A DNA stretch of 62,347 bases, counting the filler, from Perkinsus olseni (lineage: Eukaryota), in NCBI GenBank assembly GCA_013115125.1. It is 2 parts of 2 records of this genome, joined end to end, with 100 filler letters (N's around TTAATTAATTAA, not from the genome) between each part and the next. Parts side by side here need not be neighbours in the genome. Positions count along the whole stretch, not along the records: positions 31,236 to 62,347 come from JABANN010000416.1; 1 more part is not named here. One strand, written 5' to 3'. Each line of letters opens with the position of its first letter. The stretch's first letter is position 1. This document shows, in pieces, positions 34,301 to 49,300 of the stretch. The position numbers and the translations under genes were made by a program. Below the pieces are notes generated by a model. That model was not told the origin of the DNA. It did not search any database and worked only from the letters and a program-made list of their open reading frames with translations.

Positions 34301-37300
34301 GATGGTAAGTAGTGTCGGGTGAAAGCGATGGATCAATCTGAACACCTTCGGGAGAATGAGTTCGACTCGCACCAGCGGGAACCGGGCGAAAATACCATTT
34401 GTTGCATCGCCTAACAGCGAGAAGTAGTTTAACGTGTGTTGGGTGCTTAGATTGAGTCAGGGCCAAAGCGTAACAAGGTAGGGAGGCCGATCCATAGTCT
34501 CTCCAGAGAGGAGGTCAGATAAGGAACTCATCATGCCAATGATAGAACCAGAAGGAACTATCACACCGCTTGATATGTGTCTGCGTGCAGCCTCTGTCAA
34601 CTGTGAATTGGGGGAGGAGTGGTACGCGCTAAAGCACTGTTGAGAAAAATCGAGATTTCAAGTATTCCTGCATTGTCCCTTTGTGCAACTATCGTAGCAT
34701 GATTCGCTCCTCCCCATTAAACAATTCTCCTTCTCTCAGCTATTCACCCTGCTTGACCTGGACCGCAACGGAAGCATCAGTCGTCCTGAGTGGCAGCAGT
34801 GGGGGTATCTGGTGGCCCAGGCTCGGCCGCACATGCGGGCTCTGGCTCTGAGAATCTTACCGGAGATCAAGATCTCAGCCGGTGAATACGCTGAGAAATA
34901 TCGGGCTGCTGTGAAGGAGCTGCCGTCTGATGAGGTTGAGCTGATAGAGAAACGTTTGGACTTCGATGGCGATGGTGAGGATCGAACCTGTGCCGTCGTG
35001 GGAGCATCGAGGCCAGCGGCCAGCTCACACGGTTGTATCAGTGGCGAGGCGATGTTCGTCTTGTTAAGGTAAACTGTCAGAGTCGGAGATCAGCCTCCTC
35101 CGAGTAGTTGGTGGTGGACGGTCCCTCCGAGAACTTCTGTACAGGGAGCTGTTCTTTGGCTTTGAGATTGGCAACACTGGCACTGGCTCGGGTCAATCTC
35201 TTCTTCAAGAGTCGACCCTCGCCGACGACGACCGAACTCTGACGGGCTTCATGGTAGTTTTCAGAACAGTAAAGCTGACGGGATGGTACCTCTCAGGGCC
35301 GCATAGGAGCCGTCCAATCCCCATATGTCGAGTCAGCGCGCTTCGCTTTCCAGTTCCTTGATACTAACAACGACGGCAAGCTCTCGGATGTAAGGTCGTG
35401 AAACTTGGGTTGCCTGAGGATCCCGGCACTACGTCCTTCTGGTTTCAATACCGGGGGGGGCAGCCGTGTCTACGAGAGAGGATCGGTTTGCTAGGCTGAG
35501 ACGAAGGAGTTCGAGCTTATGAGGATGCTCTTCGCGGACTACGGCTACCTTCGCTTCATCTCTGACTTCACGGCGTTGACCGTCTTCAAGGTGGGCCAAC
35601 CCTCGGCCAGCCCCCGCTGTATTCTGATCTGCTCCAGAAGTTGAAAGGCCCAGCGGGGGCTGTGTCCTTGAAGGGGCTGATCAAGTCGGCCAAGGCCGGG
35701 GACTGTACTCCCAGTGAGCTGGCATTGGAGATCCACGACGTGGGTCGGGGGGTTGTATGTTGATACGATACGTCTTTCACCTAGGCCTTCGAGATAGACC
35801 TACCCGATGATACTGTTGAGGTCCCGTGGGCTATCTGGCGGCTCATAGTGTGGCGGCACCTCACCAACGAGCATGTGAGTTGGTCGAGGTGCTCTTGTGT
35901 CGGCCAGTGGTTGGACGCTGTCAGACGGTGAACCAGCTGGAGGGTCGCTCACCCTTCGCAGCGAGGGATAAGGAGGACTACCATCATACTGCCCATGCTA
36001 GGAGGCGATTGCCTCATCCACCACCTCATGTCACTCGACGCTCGTACGCCCCTCTTGGGCCAGAGGTCATCGTCACTGCCACCCTACTTCCGCTTTTAAC
36101 CCTCCTTGCTGCCTTCAGGACGATGCCTTCCTGCGGACTTTGATGAACGTCAATTAACGCCGTGCCTCACTGAGTGGGGTCGTCATGAACTTCGGCTCGA
36201 TGAGACGGCACAGTCGTACGATTTCCGGCATGGGCTGCTGTTGTGTTGAAGTCAATCATTCTTCCACCCGAAGCTGACAGCGTGGACAGCGTTCGTCGCA
36301 GTGCCTCGGACATGCTAGCAGTGGTGGCCCTCCTAGCCCAGCGGCTGCTCTCCTCAACAGGAGTGCCGCACCAAGAGGCTCACCAGACACGATGTCTGTC
36401 GGATATGGCTGCGGCGGTGTGTGGACCGTACGGTGAGTACTTCCAACAGGGTGCGACGGGCCTCCCACAGTTGATCGAGGTGGGCGGCCGCACCGACTAC
36501 CACCCGCCTCTCGAGCTCCCGTGCCATCAGATCGTTGAGGCTGCGGCGAGGGTCTGCGCTGACTACCAGTACGACATGTTAGCCTATCCGCAGTGCGGTG
36601 TAGGCCTTACGCACCTTCGAGTCCTCTCATAGCGCTGCTGCATTCACTTAGTGCAGCGTCTTACTTGAGGACCTCCAGCCGGCCAGCTTCATCCAGCTGG
36701 TCAACTCCTTCGCCCTCGCCCCTTTGCCAGCGCTCAGGTCTCTGCCCATCGATCGACGGCCCTCTTCGGTAGGCCCGTCTCCATTGTCACCGTCGGAGTA
36801 TCCTCCTGTAGGTGATCGTAGGGGAGGTCCGACTCCTTGAAGCTCCCAGCTCCTTCGCTTGGCCTCCCATCGAGACGGTGAAGTCCGCGATGTGAACATG
36901 TTCATGGAAACGCGGTCTTGGAACGCTGTATGCTATTCAGATTGCGTGCTCTGGTCGATGCTGGCTTTGACAGCGATTATTCTGTTGTCTACGACACAGG
37001 GAAGGACCCCAACAAACTTGTCTTCTCTGTAATGCCTGGTCGAGTCGTAGTTGCCGGATGAGCTGCCAGGCGGATCCGAGGGCCCAGCCTCAAGCTGTCG
37101 ATGATCACGCTGTTGCCGCCAATGCGGCCAGCTGGGCTATTCACGTGAGTCTCCAAGGCGGCCATCGTGTCACCCATTGCTTCCTCAGAACGCTCTGCAA
37201 TCGATGGTCGGCGGAGCGGAGGTCGGTATCCCCTTCGAGGTGGAGGTCTATCGAGGGTCGTCGCTAGACATCTCCCCCTTAGAGGTTGAAGGGGACATCG

Positions 37301-40300
37301 AGATCACCAACTGGAGCCAGGCTCCAGGCTTCAGGACCACAGTAGCCCAACTCCCACTGCTGCTGCTGCCGGTCATCAGAGCCTACGCACGCTAGTGCTC
37401 CTCAGTTGGCTCGGATACTGGAAGGTCCGGCTGGGAACACTGCCCACAGAGTTCTTCGACACGGTGAGACACTGGCAGTAACAGCTACTATCTGTCAGCT
37501 AGCTTATATCACTTTGCGTTATCAGTAATCTAGTTTAGCCCACTCTGGAGCGGGGGCACGGGTTCGATCCCCGGCTCCAGCGCATTTACAAAACCCGGTC
37601 ATCGCCAACCTCTTCCGTATCCTTGAGTAACACGCAGCAGAGCTCATGCAGGTATCACCGGAGACGAGGTCCTCTTGAGTTCCCGTAAGGAAGGCGTCCT
37701 CCTGGCCTACGAAGTCCCGGGCCCCCACATTGGGTGAGTTGGACTTCGGTAAGGCGGCCCTCTATAACCCCTCTGTAGATTCACAGCGTACGCCGAAGCC
37801 GCCTGGGGAGGGGCTCGATCTCATCTGGAGGTCCTCGATGACCTGCGGGCACTGCAGCGGCGGCTCCTGCAGTCCGGTATCGAGTCCTCCGTAAGGGTTC
37901 GGGACGTGAGGATAATGAGCGGCTTGTCGTATAGGGCCAAGCGGGTAGTCCAGGGGGGGTCGCCCGGGGCTGACGGGTGGGCTGCTTCAGGCGTTGTACT
38001 CGTACTGTTCCCACCTTGACCATCACAGCCTGCCGTTCATGGCCCCGACTAGTGTGCAGGAGGAGTGGGGCAGGGAGGAGGCTCAAAGCGAGCTGATGTT
38101 TAGGATGATCACATCTTATTACGAGGTTAAGGGGGGCCGCGGAGGGGACCCTGCAAAGGTATCAGCTGAACGTCCCTTAGGGGAGGTCCTCGAGACACGA
38201 TCTCGGAAGAGGAGGTTTGGGGAGCCAGGACCGTTGGTGGATCCTCTGCCGGAGATGGACGGGCAGCCAGTTGTTGAGGCTACGCCAATCGAGGGCGGGA
38301 GAGCAGAGGAGGGTATGCGGGATGAAGGTGAAGGAAGCGACGGGGTTATTGAGGGGGACCAGCAGGAAGCGGCAGCGCTAGATGATGGCGGCCGTGAGGG
38401 GGAACCTGAGGAGTTTGTTGGAGGCCGGGAGGGTCTGGAGGAGGGCGGACGGTTTGAGGAGCAAGTTAGCCCGGTCAATCAGGAGGATCTCCCGGATCAT
38501 GAACAGGTCGCTGCATTTGGATATGACAAACCCACCACACCGGGAGACCGTCATCCCGAAGAGGAGGACGGTCATCCTGAAGAGGAGGATGGTCACCCTG
38601 AAGAGGAGGAGGATGGTCACCCTGAGGAGGAGGATGGTCACCCTGAGGAGGAGGATGGTCACCCTGAAGAGGAGGACGGTCACCCTGAGGATGGTCACCC
38701 TGAGGATGGTCACCCTGAGGAGGACGGTCATCCTGAAGAGGATGGTCACCCTGAGGAGGAGGACGGTCATCCTGAAGAGGACGGCCACCCTGAGGAGTAC
38801 GGTCATCCTGAAGAGGACGGTCACCCTGAGGAGGACGGTCATCCTGAAGAGGACGGTCACCCTGAGGATGGTCACCCTGAGGAGGATGGCATCGGCGAGT
38901 ACGTTGGTAACCTCGAGCAGCTGAACACAGCCTTGATGGGGCCGGAGAGGTCCAAGGACCTCTCTTCACGGGAGGTTATAGCTTCGAGTGGGGAGGACTT
39001 CGATCCCGGCCAAAGTGAGGAGGGGGTGCCGGAGTTACCGGCTGTGGGAGTCAGTGGAGACCCGGGGCAGATGGAGGAGGAGGACGAGGATGGCGTCCCC
39101 GAGGACCATCACGAGCCAGATCTGAGCTCTCCTATGGAAGACTTTAAGCCAGAAGCGGCGGCCGAGGATGTTAACCCTATCGCCCCTATCGAGGACTTTG
39201 GCCCAGGCTTTGGCCCAGAAGAAGCGGTCCCCGAGGATGGTAACCCTACTGGCCCTACTGAGGACTTTGGACCAGGCTTCGACCCAGGAGAAGGGGTGGC
39301 CGAGGATGGTAATCCTACTAAGGACTTCGGACCAGGTTTCGGCCAAGGAGAAGGGATTGTCGAGGAGCCGACCGGGGTGGCGGGGCCGGGAGTGGATGAT
39401 GATCTCACTTACCACTTCGATGAGGATACGATGGAGGCAGCAGCCCGTCTCGCACCATATCCAGTAGATAGCAGTGCCCTCCGTCCAACTGCCAGTCCCT
39501 CCACCAAGCCTGCAAAAGAACCATTGGAGGGTCTCAGTAGGCCTCCTAGGAAGTCTACGGTGGAAGATGATTATGACGATACGGTTGTTGAGGACGCTGC
39601 CCGCCGACCGAGTACTGCCGAACCTACTGATATCATCACCACCGAAAGTCCTCAGCCAACGAAGGTTACTACTCCCGGGAGAACCAGGGCCACTGGTCCT
39701 CCAAGAACAGTAGGGCATTTGAGGCTGCCGGGCCTCAATCCCGTGACAGACGCCGAGATTGAGCATCATGGTGCCGCTGAGATCGCGGTCAACCCTGTTG
39801 TTGGAGAGGCACAGCCTCCGGAACCAGACTTCGGTCCCGGCTTTGACGGCTACGGCGGAGACACAGACGCTGGACCGCTGTGGGAGGACCATGGCGAGGA
39901 TGGGGTGGTAGAGGACGTCGATGAGGGTAGGGAGGGGCTGTTGGAGCCGGACCATGGTGAGGATGGGGTGGTAGAGGACGTCGATGAGGGTAGGGAGGGG
40001 CTCTTGGAGCCGGACCATGGTGAGGATGGGGTGGTAGAGGACGTCGGTGAGGGTAGGGAGGGGCTCTTGGAGCCGGACCATGGGGAGGACGGGGTAGTGG
40101 AGGACGTCGATTACGGAGAGACAGAAGACGGGGAGGCCGAGGAAGCTTTCAACGACAAGTTATTCGGGAAGGAAGGGGAGGAGGAGACCGATAGGGCCGG
40201 GGCGGAGAGGGTGGGCAATACTCTTGGGGGTGAGGCTGCTGCAGCAGCCGACAGAGTGAGGCCTCCTTCCGGGGCACGGCCTGCCAAACCAGGGCCGAGG

Positions 40301-43300
40301 GTCCTACCTTCCAGGACCCACCGCTATTCACTGAGGGACGGCGGTGGTGGCTTTGCTTGCCCAAACTGCACTGAAGGGTGCGTCCATGGCTCCTCTCGGG
40401 AGCGCCCCACTCTCCCCTCATCAGGCCCTACTACGACCCCCTCTTCGATCTCCATCCATATGCCCCGACCCTGGTATACAACCCACCCAGCCCACACCCT
40501 CCTGACTGGGTCCTCATACCGATGTCCCCGGCACGCGATGGAGTGCCGAGAGCTTCGGCGGCCTTCCGCCGCAGGTGGGCCATTCTGCTGCATCTTAGCC
40601 AGGTGAGTTGCTCTCAGGTTGGAGGAGGCCTCCACTACCCCACGGGGACGCAAGGATGAGCTCTATCCGCCACCGCAATGGCAGGCTTTTGAGGGGATGT
40701 AGGGATGGCGCCGCCGGCTACGATTCTACAGGATCTGAGTAGATACGAGTCCGGTGAGGGCGAACCTCGAGAGCCCACGCCCTCTGATGCAGAGTTCATG
40801 ATCGGCATGAGGGGCTTTGTAGGGCTGTTGTGGTATGAGGAGGGTTGAGGAGGTGGTCTCAGACTCCTCCGGGGGAATGCTTGGGTAGGGTCATGCAATG
40901 GATCGACAACTCGTCCGTGTACCGAGTGGAGGAGATACGGTCCCTGATGGAGGAGGTGGGCTGTCCCTCCTCACCGTGAGAAGAAGTTGTTGCAGGTTTA
41001 CGACGCGAAGGCGCCGATGCGTGACAGGCTGGTGTTTGGGACTTTCGTGAGGGAAGGGTTGCTCGGAGAGGATCCTCATCGTACTGCCTTCCATCGACTG
41101 CAGAGGGGGATCGAGCATCTCAGAGGGCGTAGGACGGTTTGCCCTTCACGACCTCCGAGACGAGCAATCTCTTGTTAGTCCTGGACACTGGGGAGCCCCT
41201 TCGGGGAGGTCTGACGGCGGCCACGGATGCCTGCTTGTTGTTACTGAGGGCACCGGAAAAGCTACCGATGATCAAGGTCCCTCGCCGCGGGCCCATCTTG
41301 GGCTATTGACCTGCTCTCAGCTCTTCCGTGATGCCCCGGGTGATGTGTACGTGGTGATGGACGAAGACGGTGATGGCCTTATCAACTTACCGGAGTGGCT
41401 GAAGTTTGGCCGTACCATACGGGCTCCGGCATTCGTCTTCACGGAGGAGGTGGGAGTACCTGCCTTAGTGATGCCTAGTCATCGTGGTCGCAGTCCTTCG
41501 CCTACTTTGCAACGAGGGGCGATCCAGAGCATATCAGAGTGAAGGAGATCGATGAGGTCTTCCGCACCATCGCCCAGGGGGAGTAGGGACCGTCTCCTTG
41601 CTGCTGCTGCTGCCGGGCTCATCCCGCTCACTGTGTTAGGTTGCTCAGCACAATGGAGGGTGGGGATGGCTACCCTCGTTTGGTGGCGGACTCCCTTGCC
41701 CTCGAGAGCCGCTTCTCCCAGTTGGACAATTTCAGAAGCTTCGAACTATCTATTGAGGAGCTCGGCTGGGCCCGGTCTCTATCCGGCAGAGGGGTGGGCC
41801 TGGCGACACTTTTGTAGGGTGAAGTCGGTTGCCTCAGTTGTTCCACTACCTCGACACCAATCGTGACGGGTACATCTCCCGGTACGAGTGGCAGAGGATG
41901 CTCATTATTGATAGAGCCCCGATGGCCGTCAAGCGCTTCGCTCTCTGGTGAGGGACTCTGGCTGTGGCTGGGAACGACGCTTCGGCGACAGGCTGACTGA
42001 AGGCTTTGAGGACGGCCCTTTTCCTATTCCCGAGAGGCCCTTCCTCGCTGCAACCCATGAGAAGCTCCTTCGGCTGCCTCCTGGGTATGTGCGGCTCATC
42101 GATAGGGCTCTGGACTCCCTCGGGGATGGTGAGTTGGACGTGTGTGAGAGAGCAGTGGGACGAGACTTGCAGGCCGACCCAGTGACGCGGACTACAGCAT
42201 CCTACGGGCCATTGGTGGTGGCACTGAGATGGCCAACTTGGTGGCTTCGGAGGTGCTACTCGGGTACGGCCAACGACCTAGGCTCACCTGGCACTCGATG
42301 GCACGGGATAATAGTACTGGCCTGACAGAGGAACCCTTGGATGAGTTGCCTGACCCGGGGGCTGATGGTGTAGCGGAAGAGGATGGCGAGGAGGAGCAGG
42401 TCCTTTCTGGGGCCCTCGACGAGGGGCTTCCGGGGGCTTTCATGCAGCTAGGGGAGGGCGAGGTAGGGTGCCCTGCCGCTCACGACCAGGGTCAGCTATT
42501 GTGATTTCCCAGGTGGCGGACGGTGGCAGCATAGCGACGTCTCCGTATTCGATAGGGACTCTCGCCTTGGGCCCGACGGTATCTTACGAAGCCTTCAGAG
42601 ATTTCGGCAAGAGCCTGAAGGCTCCGGCGGGGGCATTTTCTGAGGAGGTAGGAAGACCGAGGATGGAGAGGGCCCTTCGTCCAGCTGCTGATTGCCTCCG
42701 TGCAGGTATTCCATCTGTTCTCTGGAGGGGACGAGGGGAGCCCTCTGAGCGTGGATCTGTTCGATCGGCTGCATCTTGCTTCGAAGGACATCAGGTACCG
42801 TCGTCCGGTCATGGTGGTGAGGTATGGGTTTGTGCTTAGGAACGCTCGTCGGCTCTACTTCGTGTTTGATTCGCTCGTTATTGAAGCCAAGTTCCGTGCG
42901 ATGGACCGGAATGAGGACGGACGGCTGAGCGGAGAGGAAGTCCCTCTCGAACCCTACCAACTTTGGGTGGGCATCTCAGCTGTTGCTCCATCTCTGACGA
43001 TTGTTGGCTCGCTGCAGTGATTATTTTGAAGGACGTCGTCCACAGGTGTTGGATGCTCTGGACCGGGACGCATCGAACTCGATCAGCCTATCGGAGCTGC
43101 AGGGCCTGGCTGCCATGCACGCTGAAGCCGCGCCCCCGAGCGCGGTGTTGCTGAGCAGGAAGTGAGTCCCTCTGTCGAAGTCACCTTTACCCACACCACG
43201 CCTCAGGATCTTGGCTTCGTCCCAGTGGACGCCGGAGGCCGTGAGGAAGGAGTTCGAGAGACTGTCACCGTATGAGCAGGCGGAGGTTGAGCAGCTGCTG

Positions 43301-46300
43301 GACGTCAACGGCGATGGTAGGCCTGCTGCCGCTACGGCGCTGCGCTTCGCCATAGCGTCATGCAGGTTACGTTGACGACCATGAGTTGGGATTGATACGC
43401 TTCCTCGCTGAAGGGGAAGTCCTCGACGTGTTGCTGCCACCGTCGTTGTACAACGCCGATAGACTGTCTCTCGATGGGCCGTGGACCAGAAAGCAGTTCC
43501 TGGCCTACTCTGGGAGACTGCAGAGCAACCCCAGTGCCTTTAGTGGGAAGGTCCTGACGGTTCACAGCCCTTGCGGTTAATATTCAACTGACTGTTAGTC
43601 GTTCGAAGCCCTCGCCCTGCTTGGAGAGGGCCCCGTTGAGATTCCTGCTGAGGTCTTGAGGGTTTGGCTGCTTGCAGCGGGGCAGAGGTGAGAGGGAGCA
43701 GAAGGAGAAAGAAGAAGGGACGATAGTCTTCAGGCGTGTGAGGGAGCTGCTGAGAGTCTTCAGTTTGATTAACACTGAAGCGTTCTTCTCGAGTGTGGAT
43801 ATTGACATGAGCGGGAGGATAACCCCTGATGAGCTGATGGACTTACGGAGAGACTTTCCGTTGCTCAGCACTGCCGAGGTCAGATTTGGCGCTCAGGTTG
43901 GGCGAAGGAGGCCCTGGGGCTGCGCGGCAAGGCTTCTTCGTACTTGTCTGTGTGTCAATACTCTTCGCCGGGCGATGACTGATACGGGCGATCACCTAGA
44001 ACAGTGTATTGGCTCAATCCATGCGACATCCTGAGGGGGTGTGTGGTGGCCGGGACCCCTCATTCAGTACGGGAGATGATGGTGGTGATGGAATAGCCCT
44101 CCGACCTGATAGGAAGTCAATACCAACTTAACCGGACTGTTCCTTCGAAGCCACCATCACAGTCCGTGACTTGCAAAGCGCTTCAGGCGGCCTCCACAGG
44201 CATTCGGAGGCGTCGTGATGGTCAGATATTCGACACCATCGGGAGGGTGGATTCTGACGGCATCGCCTACCTCGATCGACCCGCCCTGCAGCAGCTCACC
44301 TACACCTTCACGGCGCCCTCGTCGGTGTTGGTCTTTGCCCTCGAGTAATGCCCGCCAAGTTGCCGCCTCGTCCCCTCTGGACAATTCTCAGCATCGTAGC
44401 CGAGTCCGGTGGATCGGACATCCGCCTAGCTGCGAGTCGGGGTCTACAGGATGCAGCTCCTGAGGATAGGAAGGCGATTCTGGACACGTTCGATGTTGAC
44501 GACAATGGTGGGTCTCGGCTTCAGTGGAAGACACCTCCTGTCTGTCCTCGTCGTTGCACCAGGCGAGCTTGACGAGGAGGAGGCCCGCCTGTTGCATCTT
44601 GTGGGACGGAGCGAAGCAATGGAGCTATTCAATGCCATCCAGTACCGTGGCTTCAGCGTGGTCATGGAGGCCTCTTCCAAGGTAATGTCAACGGAGAGTG
44701 TTGTCATGTGGACACCAGTGCGAGGTAGGTTGCTCCCTCGGCGCTGCTTGAAGTCGGTAGGTCGGACGGCGAGGAGGCGGAGGTGGGCTTGTTGGTGCCG
44801 TCTCTGCCCGGGCGATATGACCTGCCATCACTTAGGCTTATGCCACTGCGTCGGGCTACAGGGCGGATGCTGATGGGGATCGTCGCCTGTCTGTGGGAGA
44901 GTTCAAGGACTTCCGAGACGCTATAGGAGCGAGCCATCAAGTGCTGTCGCGACAGGTAGGTGGCTTCCGCTGGTCTGAGGTCTGAGATAGAGATGCGCTC
45001 CCAGGTTTTCAAAGACCTTGGTGGGGACGGGGACGGCGTGATCGAACTCGACTCCCTGGTGGAGCTGCACCTCTGCACCAAAGACCATCGGTGGGCAAGC
45101 TCAAGGGGGTGTCGGCCCTCTCAGTGTCGTGCACCTTAGGACAGTCCGTCTGATCTACGCCGTAGTGGAGGCGCAGCAGCTTCACTCCAAACTCGTCGAA
45201 TTGGATCGTGATGGTACGGAGGAGCTCAGCGTGCAGGAGCTCGAGGGCGTCGGCATCGAACCTGAAGAGGCGGGTTGGGTAGGATGTTCGTGCCGTTACG
45301 TCTGTCTAGAGGGATCCGCGTCCAGTTGGTGCAGCTCCTTGATGCCGATAACAGCTCATCAGTTTCGGCAGCTGAATGGATGACCATGGCGGGGTTCTCC
45401 TACGAAGCTGCGCCCGACGGGGCGGTGTGGCTGGCCAGCAGGTAGGGAACGGCAGCTCCTCGTGCCGCTGTGAGCAGCACCTCAGGCTGCCAGCTCGAGA
45501 GAAGGAGTATGTGTTAGACTCGGCTAAGGTGATGGCGACCGCACTGCAGCTCCTGGACAGTCTGCCAAGCGACGAGATTAGAACTGTCAAAGACTTTATT
45601 GATGCAAACGGAAATGGTAAGTGCCCGTATGAGGCTCCGAGATACCCTATTCCGCTCACTACGAGCCCAATCTACTCATGCGGTGTGCTACAACTACACG
45701 AGATGCTACAACGAGATGGTGCAGTTTTGCGTACTCCTGTCACAGGACTCCTGTGGTATGATCAGGTCAGCTGTCTCCCTCGGAGTTCAGCCGTCTGCGG
45801 TTGTTGCGTGACATGCGCCCAATAGCGGACGCCGTCCTACCCCTGGAAGGAGCCCCGGTGGGCCCGCCTGTCCCGGAAGATCTGACCGCTCAGGCGTTCG
45901 AGGAGTTGGGCAAACGGATTGGAGCCTCTGAGAAATTGTTCGGCTCTGAGGTGATGGAGTTCGATCTGGTGGTGCAGTGCCACAGGCTCTGTCAGGCCTT
46001 TGAACTCTTGTCGGACCCTCGACGGCAGCTCATCCCCCTCAGCGTCCTTGCCCGGTGGATGGAACTGCGCAAAAGAGGGTAAGGCAGTGCGATGGATTCC
46101 AGTTGGTACACTACAGTAGACGCTAAGCAACGCAACACAGACCTGGTCGTAGAGCTGCCAGCGCATCGGATTCGAGTCTGATTGAACCGGCGACGGCGTT
46201 GGACTTGAAAGTGGCACACACACGGTCCTGATCAGGGCCCTCCGCTCGACAGCAGCGATGTTTTCGGCCATGAATATGGACGCTCTATTCTACAGTATCG

Positions 46301-49300
46301 ATGAGGATAGGAGTGGACGCCTGTCGATGGAGGAGCTCGGCTGGGATGATGATGCTCAGCCGGTCGGTCTACTGCCGGTCGTCGTGGAGGAGCCTTTGAT
46401 TCAGCTCTTCGAGGACCTGACTCGGAGTGAATTTCGGATGGGTGGAGTGTCAAGGACGATGCTGCAGCACTGGGTCCTCGCCAACACTGCCTCGCGAGAG
46501 AGGGTTCTCGCTGTGATGAAGTAAGCTGAGCGCTGGCCGGTTATGGGAGGAATGGCATGTTCTTCAGTCAGCTGGGCGGTGTAAACTCCTCAGAGCAGGA
46601 GAGAGTGGAGGGTCAGCTGCCGCCGAAGGAGGATGTATCCGGGCGGCTAGACTCTAATGGTGCTGGTGAGGCGCTGGGCTGTCTCTACGCACAGAAAATG
46701 AGGAGTTCAGGTCGTAATGGTTTCAAGGAGGACCGAGTCGATAGCCTTATGTATGGCGAAAGTCCGGGGGGCGTTTCTTATCGGGAGAAGTTCACCGAGG
46801 CCCTGAAGAGAGGCTTCGAGTCTGATATTAGTATATCCACAAGGAGCCTGTTCGACAGCATGTCGTGGTTACAGCATGATGTAGGAGCAGCTCCCAGGGA
46901 GAAGAGGGACTCCGTCTCCTTAGGAGCAGCAGCAGCAGCAGCCACCTTCCTTCCTTGGAGTTGCCTGGGAAACCTCGGTAGCAGTCGTGTTCATCGCCAT
47001 CTCACAGTTACCATCTCAGCCCTACTCGACTGTCTCGGCCTACCTCTCGGATCTAGATGGCGATGGCTCCCTCTCCCCTGCAGAGCTGAATACCATGAGA
47101 GCCCACAGTGGATCATATAGAAGGCTCTTCCCATCTAAGGTGGGTACTGCTGCCCTACAGAGTCATCATCGCCTTTTAGGTGCTGAAGCTACTGGCTGGC
47201 AATGAGTCAGGTACTGTGGGTGTACCTGAATATGAAGGACTCCGCCTGGCTACGAAGCACTCAGGGTACCGTGGCCGTCGCCGAGCATTCGTCGTTGTCG
47301 AGAGCACTCAGGAACCTACCTCTGATCTATCGCTTCATCGAGACGCTAGCGCTGCATGATCGATTCATGCAGTTCGACAGGGACGGTGATAATGAGCTGG
47401 CGCTGGAGGAGGTAGATGTTGAAGCTGAGGATGGGGACAAGAGATGGGTGGGTATCCCGCTGGCTAGAGGCCGCTGGAGTCCGCCCCGTTCGCCGTCCTT
47501 CAGTTCTTCGCCGTACTTGACTCCGATAGATCGGGAAAGCTGTCCCGAACGGAGTGGCAGAGGCTTGCTGGCCGAAGCCCTGATGCGAACCCGGCCGTGG
47601 TACAGTGGATAGCCAAAAAGTAGGGCGGGGCGAAGCTGGGATATCGGTTGGCCGCATCCTGTGGGCATAACGCCGCCCTCTCAGACTCGCCAAAAGGGAG
47701 GGCAGCTTTGACAAGGACACCGCCATCATCACTGTGAAGGTTATGGAGGAACTGGGGAAGTTGGGGAGGCAATACACTAAAGAATTGATCAATTTCCTGG
47801 ACGAGGATGGCGATGGTGGGGTCGTTGGTAGCCTCTCCTTGTGGCCTTGTCGTCTTCAAATAACCTGCTCGAGGGTGGGTGGTCAAGGTAAAGTTGCTCC
47901 CGCTGAGTTCGCCCTCATCCGTCTCGCCTCGGACCTCATTCCCATCGTTGAGGAGATGATGCCTTACGAGCCACTAGGCCATGGTGTCGTTTCTGCGGAC
48001 CTCTCCCGGAGTACCTTCCTAGAACTTGATCAAACGTTGAAAGCAGGGAGCAGGATATTCTCGGATTCGGTGGGTCCGCTGAGATCGACTGTGACGGACA
48101 GGAGATCTTCACTACAGAACTTCGATCATCTATCGGTCGGTGATGCAATCCCGTTGGCAGTCATCACTCAGTGGATGAAACTGAGGGGCGCCAGGTAGGC
48201 CTGTCTGTTCAGAATTCACGGACTCCGGTTAGGGTCCACCTCAGGTTGCTCCGGGAAGCGGCAGCGCTATTCGGTGCAGCATCTCTCGGGCCGCTGTTCT
48301 ACCGATTAGACGCCGACAGGAGCGGCCTTCTTTCGGGGGAGGAGCTCAGCTGGGATGAGGCTTCGGAGGTAGTAACCATGCCTGCTATGACTCACTACGG
48401 CTATCCTGTTGTTAGTTACTCGATATCCTCGATGGTTCCAGCGAAGGGCAGGGAGTGTCGCGCCGGGCGCTGCAGAGCTGGGCTTATATCAGGACCGTCC
48501 CTCTAGAGACCCGATTCCTCATTTTCGAGTTGAGCCTCGTAGCGGCTCTTAGGGTGATATATCCCGTCGTAGGCACCGCCACAGACTGGGGGTCTCTAGC
48601 CGCTCAGAGCTGAGACTTCGGCTGAGTTCGCTGCTGAGGAATGGTACGAAGGAAGATCGCGAGGAAGGGAAGAAGGGCAGGAAGGGCAGGAAGCATCATC
48701 CTGACGTGGTCGACGGATTTGCATTTTTCGACTTAGACGGCAACGGTGAGACAAGCTCACTGTCTCTTGGAGGGAAGCCAAGCCCTTGTCAGGCGAGATC
48801 GAAGAGGGGGAGGCCGTGTTGGTTCGGCTACTCCTGGGTCCCGATCTCGCCAGTCCGACGTTCGAGGATGCCTTCTATGAGCTACTTGACAGAGCCTTTG
48901 AAGCCGACACGGATCAAAGCGGCTCTTTCTTGGCGTCCATGTGGCGTCCTCATACCACTGTGAGACCGAAGCGACGTCCGTTGTGGTATGATGACTTTCT
49001 TCGGGCCCTCAGGGTTCCCTCTTCGAGATCGGTGCGCCACGTCCTGAGGAGCCCAGCGGAGACCCTGACGTCACCGTCTCCTATGTATTCCGCCTCTGCA
49101 CACCTCCTTCCGACCTCCTCCTTCAGAGCCAACCAGCGGCGGTGTTCCCGCGCTCCAGACTGAGCCGGACGAGTTGGGTAGAGTTTGGTCGGGAGCTCGG
49201 TTCTAATGGAACCTTCACAGACGAGGTGGCCTTCGATATTCCGGCCTGTTGGTGATACATGGGCGCCACGCTCAGTTGTACGACCTGCTGCAAGACAGCT

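Noticed and set aside
38378-38969. ORFs with RMVTL / RVTIL / QGDHPP repeats
   Set aside because: Alternative-frame and antisense shadows of the DGHPEE coding repeat.
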